Shown here one piece after another: positions 1 to 8,800 of a stretch of 64,000 nucleotides of DNA. A program made the position numbers and the translations under genes. This DNA comes from a virus (lineage: Duplodnaviria; Heunggongvirae; Uroviricota; Caudoviricetes). The stretch lies in the IMG/VR virus record IMGVR_UViG_3300001687_000010; one strand, 5' to 3'. Positions within the stretch are counted from its first letter, which is position 1. Each line of letters opens with the position of its first letter. The notes beneath the pieces are model-generated. The model worked only from the letters and a program-made list of their open reading frames with translations, had not been told where the DNA came from and ran no database searches.

Positions 1-226
1 GGTCTTTCATTTCTTTTTGTAATGATTTTACATACTTTAATACTTGTTGCTTGGTCATCGGCTTGCGTTTTTTTGACTTAGAAAACTGGTCGTACCCCGC
101 CAGACCGTGCTGAGTTTTTTCTGTGGTTACTATATACTTGCCGGGTTTATCCTCTCGTGCCGTAACCCTCACTCCGCTAATATATATATCTCCATACTGT
201 TCAGTTAGGTATCTTTTTAGTCTCAT
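1..226 (-). CDS. Putative internal head protein (partial, runs off the window start)
   Basis: Not in the ORF track. Manual translation from the ATG at 226 gives MRLKRYLTEQYGDIYISG..., open to position 1. The N-terminus is identical to that of ORF 1594-2136. Confidence 0.7.
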   Translation of the reverse strand, partial: MRLKRYLTEQYGDIYISGVRVTAREDKPGKYIVTTEKTQHGLAGYDQFSKSKKRKPMTKQQVLKYVKSLQKEMKD

Positions 227-241
227 TTATTTTCTCTTACC

Positions 242-1117
242 TCATTTAAAAAACTCCGATGCGTTTTCAAAGTCACCGTTTTTATCTAATTTTAATTCTA
301 CGTTGACGTTTATATCCGGTTCACTTATTCCCAAGCCGGGGAGATATAAACGTCCGCCGGTTTTTTTATCAGCCAGAAAGAATCCCTTACCTTGCCGTTT
401 AATTTCGTTAGCAGTAGTCTCGTCTGTCCAACTCCATGAGAGACCGCTATTAAGCGACCTCTTTGGCCCTTGGGATGCTATAATAGGATGTTTTATTTTG
501 TAACATTCAACTCTCCATACTCTGGGTGAATGGGTTACATGGTATGTTAATTGTTTTGCGAATAATAAATATTTACTTTTTACAAATTTATCTGACCATA
601 CGGTTGCGCCTATCTTTCCATCGGTTGAATATATTATCATTACTAAACCATCTTTGGCTTGTAGCTTCGGGGACTTTCTAAAATCAGATTCTTTAAACGG
701 CACGTTTAGGCCGGACTCCAGTCTAAGGTTTTTTATATATCCAACAAACTCTGATGTATCATGGTGCCTGCCTAATTTTTTCTTAGTATATAATAATATA
801 TGAACCATCTCATGAAGCATTACAGCTTTTATATCATCTAATTGTAAATCGAAGGTTGTGGACATTGTTATTTTGAGGGAATCCATTTTTATTTCAGCGG
901 CGGCATGAACGGGTATTTCTTCTAAGTATTTTTGCATTAATGAACGGTCTGCTTTACCTCCAGTATATCTTACCGTAGCCAGACCTATTGCACCTTTTAA
1001 TCTCCCACTCCAAGCCAATTTAATATTGGGCAATGCTCCGCCAAAATAATTCCGATTTAATTCGGCATAAAGAGGTTTTAATTTTATATCACCTTCTGCC
1101 CCTTCCCGTATATACAT
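242..1117 (-). CDS. SprT-like zinc metalloprotease
   Basis: LYAELNRNYFGGALP N-terminal pattern, HEMVH (HExxH) and a downstream HH, typical of the SprT family. SD GAGGT. Confidence 0.75.
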   Translation of the reverse strand: MYIREGAEGDIKLKPLYAELNRNYFGGALPNIKLAWSGRLKGAIGLATVRYTGGKADRSLMQKYLEEIPVHAAAEIKMDSLKITMSTTFDLQLDDIKAVMLHEMVHILLYTKKKLGRHHDTSEFVGYIKNLRLESGLNVPFKESDFRKSPKLQAKDGLVMIIYSTDGKIGATVWSDKFVKSKYLLFAKQLTYHVTHSPRVWRVECYKIKHPIIASQGPKRSLNSGLSWSWTDETTANEIKRQGKGFFLADKKTGGRLYLPGLGISEPDINVNVELKLDKNGDFENASEFFK

Positions 1118-1131
1118 TTATACCTCTTCTA

Positions 1132-1386
1132 TTATTTAACCTTTTTTCCATTTTTGAATTTTGCTATTATGTCATTTTCTTTATAATTACCTGTACCAGC
1201 TTCAACAGTATGCACATCACCGCCGAATTTTCCAGTTCCAGAGTCAACAAATACAACTAAAGTTTCTTTGTCAACAAATACAACTAAAGTTTCTTTTACT
1301 CTTTTACTTGTCGCTTTAGCAAATTCCAATTCCTGTTCGATTTGTTCTTTGGTGCTTTTTTCATTTATATATTCACTAAATTTCAT
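1132..1386 (-). CDS. Putative internal head protein with an in-frame 9-aa duplication
   Basis: N-terminus MKFSEYINE; KETLVVFVD occurs twice. Confidence 0.65.
   Translation of the reverse strand: MKFSEYINEKSTKEQIEQELEFAKATSKRVKETLVVFVDKETLVVFVDSGTGKFGGDVHTVEAGTGNYKENDIIAKFKNGKKVK
1243..1296. repeat. Perfect 27-bp tandem duplication
   Basis: gtcaacaaatacaactaaagtttcttt x2 (1243-1269, 1270-1296). Confidence 0.95.
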
Positions 1387-1396
1387 TTTCTATCCC

Positions 1397-1597
1397 CTAT
1401 ACCTCTTCTAAATTATGAACGTGACCGGCAGCGGGTTGAACAAGCCACTGGAATATATTATGAACGTGGTCGTCTGCGCCTTTAGTTCCAATGGTTTTTC
1501 CGTCCCCGTCTTCATTGACCATAGCGGTATGTATATGGCCGGTCTCGTCTGATTTTGTTGTTAGTCCTATTTTGCTTTCGATTAGATATTGTCTCAT
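1397..1597 (-). CDS. Small His-rich putative head protein
   Basis: MRQYLIE N-terminus; GHIH, DHVH and GHVH repeats suggest metal binding. Confidence 0.6.
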   Translation of the reverse strand: MRQYLIESKIGLTTKSDETGHIHTAMVNEDGDGKTIGTKGADDHVHNIFQWLVQPAAGHVHNLEEV

Positions 1598-2136
1598 AAC
1601 TTTTTAAATTTTGCGGCTGATATCGGTTTGCCGTCCACTCGTATTCTGGCAGGGAACTGATTAAACAGAGTCCGCCTTGCTGATACATTAATAATCATTT
1701 GCTGTTCTATATAAACATCATGGCCATCTTTTTTGCCGGATATTCTGAAACTGGTGCCGGTTAGATTATGAATTTCCACGTTATCAAGTAAACCGACCTT
1801 CTCATCAATTTTATCCGCCCATGCTTTTAGGGTATCTTCGGCATAGACTTCTGCGCCTTTATCTATTTTGTTTTTATCAAGTTGTCTGGCCTCACCACTC
1901 CACATTATATTTGATTTAGTCGGTGCCAGATATGGTTTAATCATTTTATCAAAAACATTTACCCATTTGCGGTTATTATAAACGTGTTTCAATTCGGGCC
2001 CTATATCGGCAACCATATCTCTAAATACTCTATCGATATTATCTTTAAAGCGTTTAATTAGTTCCGGTTTATAAGGCTTGAGCATATTAATAATATCTCG
2101 CTCGCTCATTTCTGTTAGGTATCGTTTTAATCGCAT
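1594..2136 (-). CDS. Putative internal head protein
   Basis: MRLKRYLTE N-terminus; AATAAATA late-promoter variant just upstream. Confidence 0.7.
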   Translation of the reverse strand: MRLKRYLTEMSERDIINMLKPYKPELIKRFKDNIDRVFRDMVADIGPELKHVYNNRKWVNVFDKMIKPYLAPTKSNIMWSGEARQLDKNKIDKGAEVYAEDTLKAWADKIDEKVGLLDNVEIHNLTGTSFRISGKKDGHDVYIEQQMIINVSARRTLFNQFPARIRVDGKPISAAKFKKL

Positions 2137-2147
2137 ATCATTAATAT

Positions 2148-2630
2148 TTATTTAATCTTATTATATAATCGAAAATCAGCCTCAAACCTTTTAGCCACTA
2201 TCTTACGCAGGCCATCTGTCCATGTTACGGGATATGATGTGCTTTGATTTTTACGACCTATATTGCCATCCATTATATATCCCCAATCAAACTCAAGACG
2301 CTCGACCAATCCTATGAAATTTATGGGTATATCAAGAGGTCGGGTAAATGGGATAAGGCTATTATACATATTAGAGGTTATCCAGTTTTCAAAAGGCATA
2401 TAGACGTGGTTCTGGCGCATACGATAGCGGTATAAAGATTCAACTCTATCCCACGGATTACGGATGAATGTTAATATTTCGTGCTTGGGATATTTCCTGC
2501 GGTACGCAGAAGCCATAAGCGGCTGTATCGGATTAAGAGGTGCATCCTTCGGGAGCATTGCGATAATACTCGTGGATGCACATTTGTCGTGAACTATAAA
2601 AACTTTTTGGTTATGTAAATAGAATTTCAT
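2148..2630 (-). CDS. Sulfotransferase family 2 protein
   Basis: VHDKCASTSI (5'-PSB-like), TFIRNPWDRVESLY (3'-PB RxP..R..S.Y) and FIGLVERLEFDW motifs. Confidence 0.75.
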   Translation of the reverse strand: MKFYLHNQKVFIVHDKCASTSIIAMLPKDAPLNPIQPLMASAYRRKYPKHEILTFIRNPWDRVESLYRYRMRQNHVYMPFENWITSNMYNSLIPFTRPLDIPINFIGLVERLEFDWGYIMDGNIGRKNQSTSYPVTWTDGLRKIVAKRFEADFRLYNKIK

Positions 2631-2651
2631 ACAATTATTTATTTTTTTATG

Positions 2652-2680
2652 TTTACATACCTATTAAAATATGTTATTAT
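2652..2680 (+). promoter_or_regulatory. sigma70-like early promoter
   Basis: TTTACA-N17-TATTAT upstream of ORF 2724. Confidence 0.7.
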
Positions 2681-2723
2681 ATATTATAAAAAGCCCAAAA
2701 CCCCTTAAAAAAGGAGGATTTTT

Positions 2724-3365
2724 ATGACTATCGATACAAAAAGATGTATACACGGATGCAGTGAGTATTATTCAAATGGAAAGTTTCTTTATTGTGATTG
2801 TGCCATTTGTAGAGGCGAGGTCGGTTTGGTAGGTAATAAAGAATTCCATAGCACTAAAACCGGAGCACATTGGCCTTATGAAGATTATACTCACCCGCAA
2901 GGTATTGATTATTATAGACGTTTGGGGGAGTTAGTCTTTTTAGACCTGACCATCAAATGTACAATGCCCAATACCGAAACCATTACATCTCGATGGGAAG
3001 AGCAAATGGAAGAGGTATATCCCGAATGGCGTGAAAAAGCAGTATCCCCATATTTCAAATATACTCCTCACGGGGGTCAGCATTCTTGGCATTTAGATTA
3101 TATGGCTGAACTTACGCCAGAAGAAATTCTTATCTGGACAGGCCCAATGCAAGAATGGAAAACCGGACACAGACCTACCAATAAAAGTAACTGGATTTTT
3201 TCCCTGTTTACGTTAGGCTTTACTTTCGGTCCGAACCAAGAAAACTTCAGCCGTATAAAAGAACGGATTGCTCGACTGGGGAATGAGTATGCTTCTGAAT
3301 TTGAGGCCGGATATCGGGAAAAAGAAAGCAAAGCCGATGCCCCGATAAACGAAGTGTTTGGTTGA
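2724..3365 (+). CDS. Hypothetical protein
   Basis: 213-aa ORF with strong SD AGGAGG. Confidence 0.75.
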   Translation: MTIDTKRCIHGCSEYYSNGKFLYCDCAICRGEVGLVGNKEFHSTKTGAHWPYEDYTHPQGIDYYRRLGELVFLDLTIKCTMPNTETITSRWEEQMEEVYPEWREKAVSPYFKYTPHGGQHSWHLDYMAELTPEEILIWTGPMQEWKTGHRPTNKSNWIFSLFTLGFTFGPNQENFSRIKERIARLGNEYASEFEAGYREKESKADAPINEVFG

Positions 3366-3369
3366 TTTA

Positions 3370-3398
3370 TTTACAATATATTTTTTGTATAGTATAAT
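3370..3398 (+). promoter_or_regulatory. sigma70-like early promoter
   Basis: TTTACA-N17-TATAAT. Confidence 0.75.
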
Positions 3399-3406
3399 AA
3401 GATATT

Positions 3407-3685
3407 ATGGGCAAAACAGAATTTGGTGAATATAAAAAGTACCTTAGAAATAAAGGTGTCGGAGGTACATTTCGTACCAGAGATTATCGTGGTCTATCCC
3501 GTTGGTCTCGCCAAAGCGTAGACCGATACAGGTCTATGTTTACAAAGGCCGGTTTTTTAAAAATGATAAAACCCGGTGTTTATAAAATAGAAAAAACGAT
3601 TCCACCCGATATTACCACTACTCAACTTCTAAATGAAACTTATGTACCCAAACAGCACTTACCGGATTCTTGGTTTGAGATATAG
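3407..3685 (+). CDS. Hypothetical protein, possible winged-helix DNA-binding protein
   Basis: Basic 92-aa ORF downstream of a promoter; the GFLKMIKPGVYK segment resembles a wing. Confidence 0.6.
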   Translation: MGKTEFGEYKKYLRNKGVGGTFRTRDYRGLSRWSRQSVDRYRSMFTKAGFLKMIKPGVYKIEKTIPPDITTTQLLNETYVPKQHLPDSWFEI

Positions 3686-3694
3686 GAGTGGATT

Positions 3695-3937
3695 ATGTTT
3701 GACGATATATTACCGAAGCCTGTTAAACAATACAATTATACATTTGGTAAGGGAACGGTTGATATTGATTTTATAGAGAAAACCGTCAGAGTAAAATGCC
3801 ATAAAAGTTCAGACCATAATTGGGAAACCATGAAAGGAATGTTTGAGATTATTAATGAAGCCCTTCATGATGATTCCCCGTTTTACGATTTATCTGATGT
3901 AAAAGCATTATTAAAAGACGGATGGAGATTTTCATGA
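3695..3937 (+). CDS. Hypothetical protein
   Basis: ORF with SD GGAG, tightly packed in an operon. Confidence 0.6.
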   Translation: MFDDILPKPVKQYNYTFGKGTVDIDFIEKTVRVKCHKSSDHNWETMKGMFEIINEALHDDSPFYDLSDVKALLKDGWRFS

Positions 3938-4218
3938 ATAAACCAAATCCAGAAATAGTAATAAGACGTAGTGGCTCAAGCCTAAAATTTACCAGTTGGC
4001 TCACCTTAATATTTGTTGTAGCAAAAATAATGGGTTACATAGATTGGTCATGGTGGTGGGTATTTGCACCTACATGGATTCCATTTGCCATAGGCATCGG
4101 TATTATGGTCGTGGGACTGTTTATATTTGGGCTTGTGCTTGCGGGCGCACTTATACTGGATACAATAGATAAAACAAGAGGGAAGCGTGGCAAGAAGAGT
4201 AATAGTCGAATTCGATAA
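3934..4218 (+). CDS. Small two-TM phage membrane protein
   Basis: LTLIFVVAKIMGYIDWSWWWVFAPTWIP, a pattern common in phage membrane proteins. Start chosen at MNKPN. Confidence 0.7.
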   Translation: MNKPNPEIVIRRSGSSLKFTSWLTLIFVVAKIMGYIDWSWWWVFAPTWIPFAIGIGIMVVGLFIFGLVLAGALILDTIDKTRGKRGKKSNSRIR

Positions 4219-4465
4219 TGATACCGCTTTAGGTGTATCCTATCAAGGACATATAAATTTATTTAAACATTTAGCGGAGAATTTTAAAAAGTTTGAAGAG
4301 AATGACCCGCATGAGGGAAGAACTGCAAAGCATATGATGTACTGGATAGAAGACCACGAAGAAAAAGAGGGAGAAGAAGTATGGTACGCAATCATAGCCT
4401 CTAAAGTCCCTCTTCAGTTTAAACGTATAATGGAAGATGTTGTAGGTGATATAGAATTAGACTAA
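4187..4465 (+). CDS. Hypothetical protein
   Basis: ORF with SD GAGG, converging on the tail region. Confidence 0.55.
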   Translation: MARRVIVEFDNDTALGVSYQGHINLFKHLAENFKKFEENDPHEGRTAKHMMYWIEDHEEKEGEEVWYAIIASKVPLQFKRIMEDVVGDIELD

Positions 4466-5275
4466 AGCGAGCAACTTCTCCAGTTGTTCTGCGGTTACTC
4501 TTACTCCCTTATATTCTATAAAATCATCGGTTACAACAAATAGCGGTTTATTATCTCCCATGACTTTTGTTACTTCACCCGGAGTAAACCCTTCATATCC
4601 GACTGCGAGGCCTACAGGATAGCCTTCATATTTTTCGGCTTCAAGTAAACGCCATCCATTATCCAGTCCAATATCAGCACCGTTTACAAGATTAGCCCAT
4701 AGGTTTTTCCATTTATTATCAGTCTTACCTAAATCATATGCACCAGATACAGCAGGAAGGATATCCGCATCTGCATAAACATCACCACCGGCCGATAGCC
4801 ATATATCATTAGTAGTGGCTAATATAAGGTCATTATCAACTGCTCCATCGTACCCTTCAAATAATTCAGGGCCGGTAGATGAGTTGCCAAGTCTAATACC
4901 ACGTCTTCGGGTAACAAAGGCATAATGGCTTGAATCTGGATATGTAGCGGGGTCCCAAACCTGAACTGGCCCATCTGGGAACATAGATATAAAACCAACT
5001 CCAGTGGCATCCGCTTTTACGCCACCAAGTTGTAAATTGCCTCCCACTCGTCTGCAATTAATTAGACCAGCACCTTCATAATCTTTAATTTCAATATAAT
5101 TAGTTGCATCGGCACCAATTTTTACTCCACCTTGGCTTGTGGTACTCATAAGCATACCATTGCCTGATACATGAATATCATTAGTGCTTGATATAACAAG
5201 GTCGTTTAGATTATTGGCTTCTTTGCCGACAAACATATTAGCCGTTGTCGCCCCATTATTTAATTGTCGCCCCAT
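4457..5275 (-). CDS. Tail fibre-associated protein, C-terminal part of a split gene
   Basis: Two NDLV..STNDI..S repeats and DILPAVSGAYDLGKTDNKWKNLW, a motif typical of tail fibres. Becomes in frame with 5256-5852 when one 19-bp copy is removed. Confidence 0.7.
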   Translation of the reverse strand: MGRQLNNGATTANMFVGKEANNLNDLVISSTNDIHVSGNGMLMSTTSQGGVKIGADATNYIEIKDYEGAGLINCRRVGGNLQLGGVKADATGVGFISMFPDGPVQVWDPATYPDSSHYAFVTRRRGIRLGNSSTGPELFEGYDGAVDNDLILATTNDIWLSAGGDVYADADILPAVSGAYDLGKTDNKWKNLWANLVNGADIGLDNGWRLLEAEKYEGYPVGLAVGYEGFTPGEVTKVMGDNKPLFVVTDDFIEYKGVRVTAEQLEKLLALV

Positions 5276-5282
5276 TATTTAA
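5245..5282. repeat. Perfect 19-bp tandem duplication causing a frameshift
   Basis: ttgtcgccccattatttaa x2 (5245-5263, 5264-5282). Confidence 0.95.
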
Positions 5283-5852
5283 TATAAGTTTAGGTACTGT
5301 AACACCACCATCTGGTTGCCTTGCTTGAAGCATGACAGTATCATTATGTATTAATTGTATAGATTCTACAGTATAGCCGCCGGTGCCAATAGCGTCATTT
5401 ATTCTAATTTGACCATTTATACCATTACCGTCTGTAGCTATTACTTTAAAATATCCACCACCTTCTTCAGTATTATTAGAAAAATATATATAATTGTTTG
5501 TATCTACTATTTGGGCATAAAAGATTCCCTCAGTTCCGCTTTGCGTATTTACTCTTAAATAAGTAGTTAAACCATCGAAATCACCGATATACTGGTTTAC
5601 ATCTTCAAATTGTCCACGATTTAATTTATTAGTGTTTATATAGGCAATTGAACCAGCCGATAGATGAATATCATTAGTGCTTGCTACAACAAGGTCATTT
5701 AAGGTTGCTCCATCTTTACTAATAAATATATTATAAAGCCCACCTCCGCCTAAACTCACATTTCCATTATCCAAATAAAGAGCATCTTGTCCACCTATAA
5801 GAATTTTCTCATTTGCTCTAAGTTCTAAATTGCTATTTTTAAATTTTGCCAT
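5256..5852 (-). CDS. Tail fibre-associated protein, N-terminal part of a split gene
   Basis: Contains the ISKDGATLNDLVVASTNDIHLSAG repeat; ends LNNGATIK* inside the duplication. Confidence 0.7.
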   Translation of the reverse strand: MAKFKNSNLELRANEKILIGGQDALYLDNGNVSLGGGGLYNIFISKDGATLNDLVVASTNDIHLSAGSIAYINTNKLNRGQFEDVNQYIGDFDGLTTYLRVNTQSGTEGIFYAQIVDTNNYIYFSNNTEEGGGYFKVIATDGNGINGQIRINDAIGTGGYTVESIQLIHNDTVMLQARQPDGGVTVPKLILNNGATIK

Positions 5853-5892
5853 AGTTTCTCCGTCCTAAGACCGTCTGTTTCCAGACCGAGTA

Positions 5893-8800
5893 TTATCTTA
5901 ATAATTGCCAATCTAATTCAAAGTTAGTTGAATCCAATACACCATTAAATAGGATTTTAAATCCGGCAGTTGTTTTTTCGTATATAACGTGACTATAAAC
6001 TGACGGCGGATTATCAACCGTGTTTACAAGTTGCGTTACGATTTTATATGTTGTATCTGCTTGTGCTACACCGAATGCGATAGATGCGCTTATAGCACCG
6101 GATGTTAATGTTGCTGTTCCAGTTATATTATCCGGTAGGTCAATACCTCCGCTAACGCTTAATGAACCTTCAACAATTACTCTACCTTCAAATACGTTAG
6201 TGCTATTTGCACCGGCTGAGTATAGGTTATATTTGTTAACCCAACTATTAGCGGTTGATTGGTCTTGGATATATAAACCGTATAAATTTTGTAATACACC
6301 AGTTGATGCACCATTTCCCGGTGTTTCTATTAAAATACCATATCCATTTGTAACAGATATTTCACCAGTACCATATTCAAATAATCTAAAATTACCAGCC
6401 ATATAATTAGTTGCTTGATAATCTACCATACCAAATCCGGTATTGGCCCAACCCTGCAATCCAATTACATCTGTTATTTGACCATAATCAGCAGTTGGAG
6501 CACCAGTTGCCCTAACACCTAATACTAAATTACCAGATGCATTTTCTGATGACATATTAGCAGTAATATTTGCGCCTTGAATTTCATCAAATTGAGTGCC
6601 ACCGACATCAGAAGCAAAAAGTAATCCAGTTGATTGGATAGTAGGACCGCTACTTGTATTAGTAACACCACCATATACTCCCCATATGCCAGTTGAATAA
6701 GAACCCGATTCAAAAGCAGTTAATAAAATACCATATGCTGGGGCTGCGCCAAAATCAACAGTTTGAGAACCTATTGATACATGACCGGGGATATATACGC
6801 CTTGATTTGTATTTGCGGTATGTAAATATATATCACCAGAATTGGCCGATACGTGAATATCGTTTGTTGTGCTTGCTACAACAAGGTCATTTAAAATTGC
6901 GCCATCATTGCTAATGAATATATTATCTTCCCATCTCAATTCACCCGGAGAAGATATAATAATGTTTTGTTCTGTAGTTATATCTTTGCCGAAAATCCAT
7001 CTTCTATAATCTGAGTTTACATCATAAACAAGAGCATTAATATCATTATTTGGACCAAGAGTAAAATATGGAAATAAACCAGCATAACCAGCACCAATTT
7101 CAAAATATTCACTATCGGAATCAAAATCAGCGGGCATATATATTCTTAATGAACCACCTGATTGCGAATTGCCACCATAAAGAGCAAGAATACCTCTATT
7201 TTCATCATCTCCGCCGACATTTATAGTGGTACTGCCGCCTGCTGCTGAAACATTTAACGAACTATTGATATATGAGGTTCCTTGTGGGTCAAAAATTGCA
7301 ATATTTCTATCATAAACACTATCGTTACCTATTAATTGAACAAGACCGCCGGAGCGATTGTTTTCAATTATAAAATTATCACCAGACCTATAAATTTGCA
7401 TATAAGATGAACTTATAAAATTTAAAGTTCCACCTTGTATATTGGCATTATGACTTATAGTAAATAGTTGATTGTCTATATCACAAGATAATAGATTTGT
7501 AATACCTTCTCCGTCGAAATAACCAATATCAAAAGCCCCATTAGCTCGGATTACATAATAATCATATGTGTCAAGGTCAGCTCCGTTATAAAGATAGATA
7601 ATACCACCAGTTTCGGCTGCATCTCCATATACATTAATAATTCCCTGTGTTGTGTCATCTTGACCAACTGATAATCCATCAGGTATATGGACTTCGCCAG
7701 CAGATAAGTGAATATCATTTGTGCTTGCTACAACAAGGTCATTTAAATTAGCACCATCTTGGCCAATAAACAAATTAGCAGGATTGGTTCCACCAATATT
7801 TAATTCTAATTTTCCTTTCCATAATTGCCATGTTTGTTCACCGTTATCAAAAAATAAATTATTTTCACCATTCCATCCTATATTAAAATCATCAGTATAA
7901 CTGCTTAATCTATAATTATTTACCACCTGCTGATTAGTATAAATGTTTATCTGCCCACCATTTTTGGCACCGTCTCCATAAACATTAAATATTCCTCTAA
8001 CACCACCATTGGACTTTCCTAAGTTTAATGTGGTGCTTGCATTGTTGGTAATGTTTACAACAGAAGCCGATACATGAATATCGTTTGCTGTATTTTCTAT
8101 AACAAGGTCATTTAAGTTTGCTCCATCTTTACCGATAAATATACTTGCGGGAGATAGGTCTAAACCACCTGTACCTCCGAAATATATTGTATTACCGGCT
8201 GATAGCCATATATTATTTGTATTGGCTACAACAAGGTCATTTGCGTTTGCCGGTTCTTTTCCGACAAAAACGTTTCCTTCAACGGCATTGCTGTTTTGAA
8301 CAATCAAACCACCTTGTCTTGTTCGTGTTACTATGCTATTACCGGAATATTGCTGTACGCCACGTTCCGGTCCTAATTTCATTAGTTTATCATACCTACC
8401 ACTTTCGGCATAGGTGATTCTGATTTGTGCTTTGTTTACACGAACATCACCAGCGGAAATGGACTGAACAATAAACATTAAATAAAGATTTTGAACATCT
8501 GTCCAAGTCCAGTTGCCTGTACCCGGAGCATTTGTATCATCTGTAATATCTATCCAATCCATCCAAGTTGGATACTCATTATAACCGCTTGATAGGTTGA
8601 GAGCAGTTCCATCGTTTGCACCCGGGCCGAATCTTGGTTGTAAATTCATAACTGAGAAGCCAACACAAGTCATCAAGCCTCTCATTTCAACTTTGGTAAT
8701 AGTTCCCAAATTAGTTCCATCACAAGGAGTGCCGTTTAGAATTAAATAACTGCCCGGACTGGTTGAGTTTGCGTATGTGGCTTCATCTGCATCGGTTGCG

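Noticed and set aside
5077-5091. 13-nt match ATAATCTTTAATT to the R2 interior
   Set aside because: Very AT-rich and inside a CDS; expected by chance in this low-GC genome.
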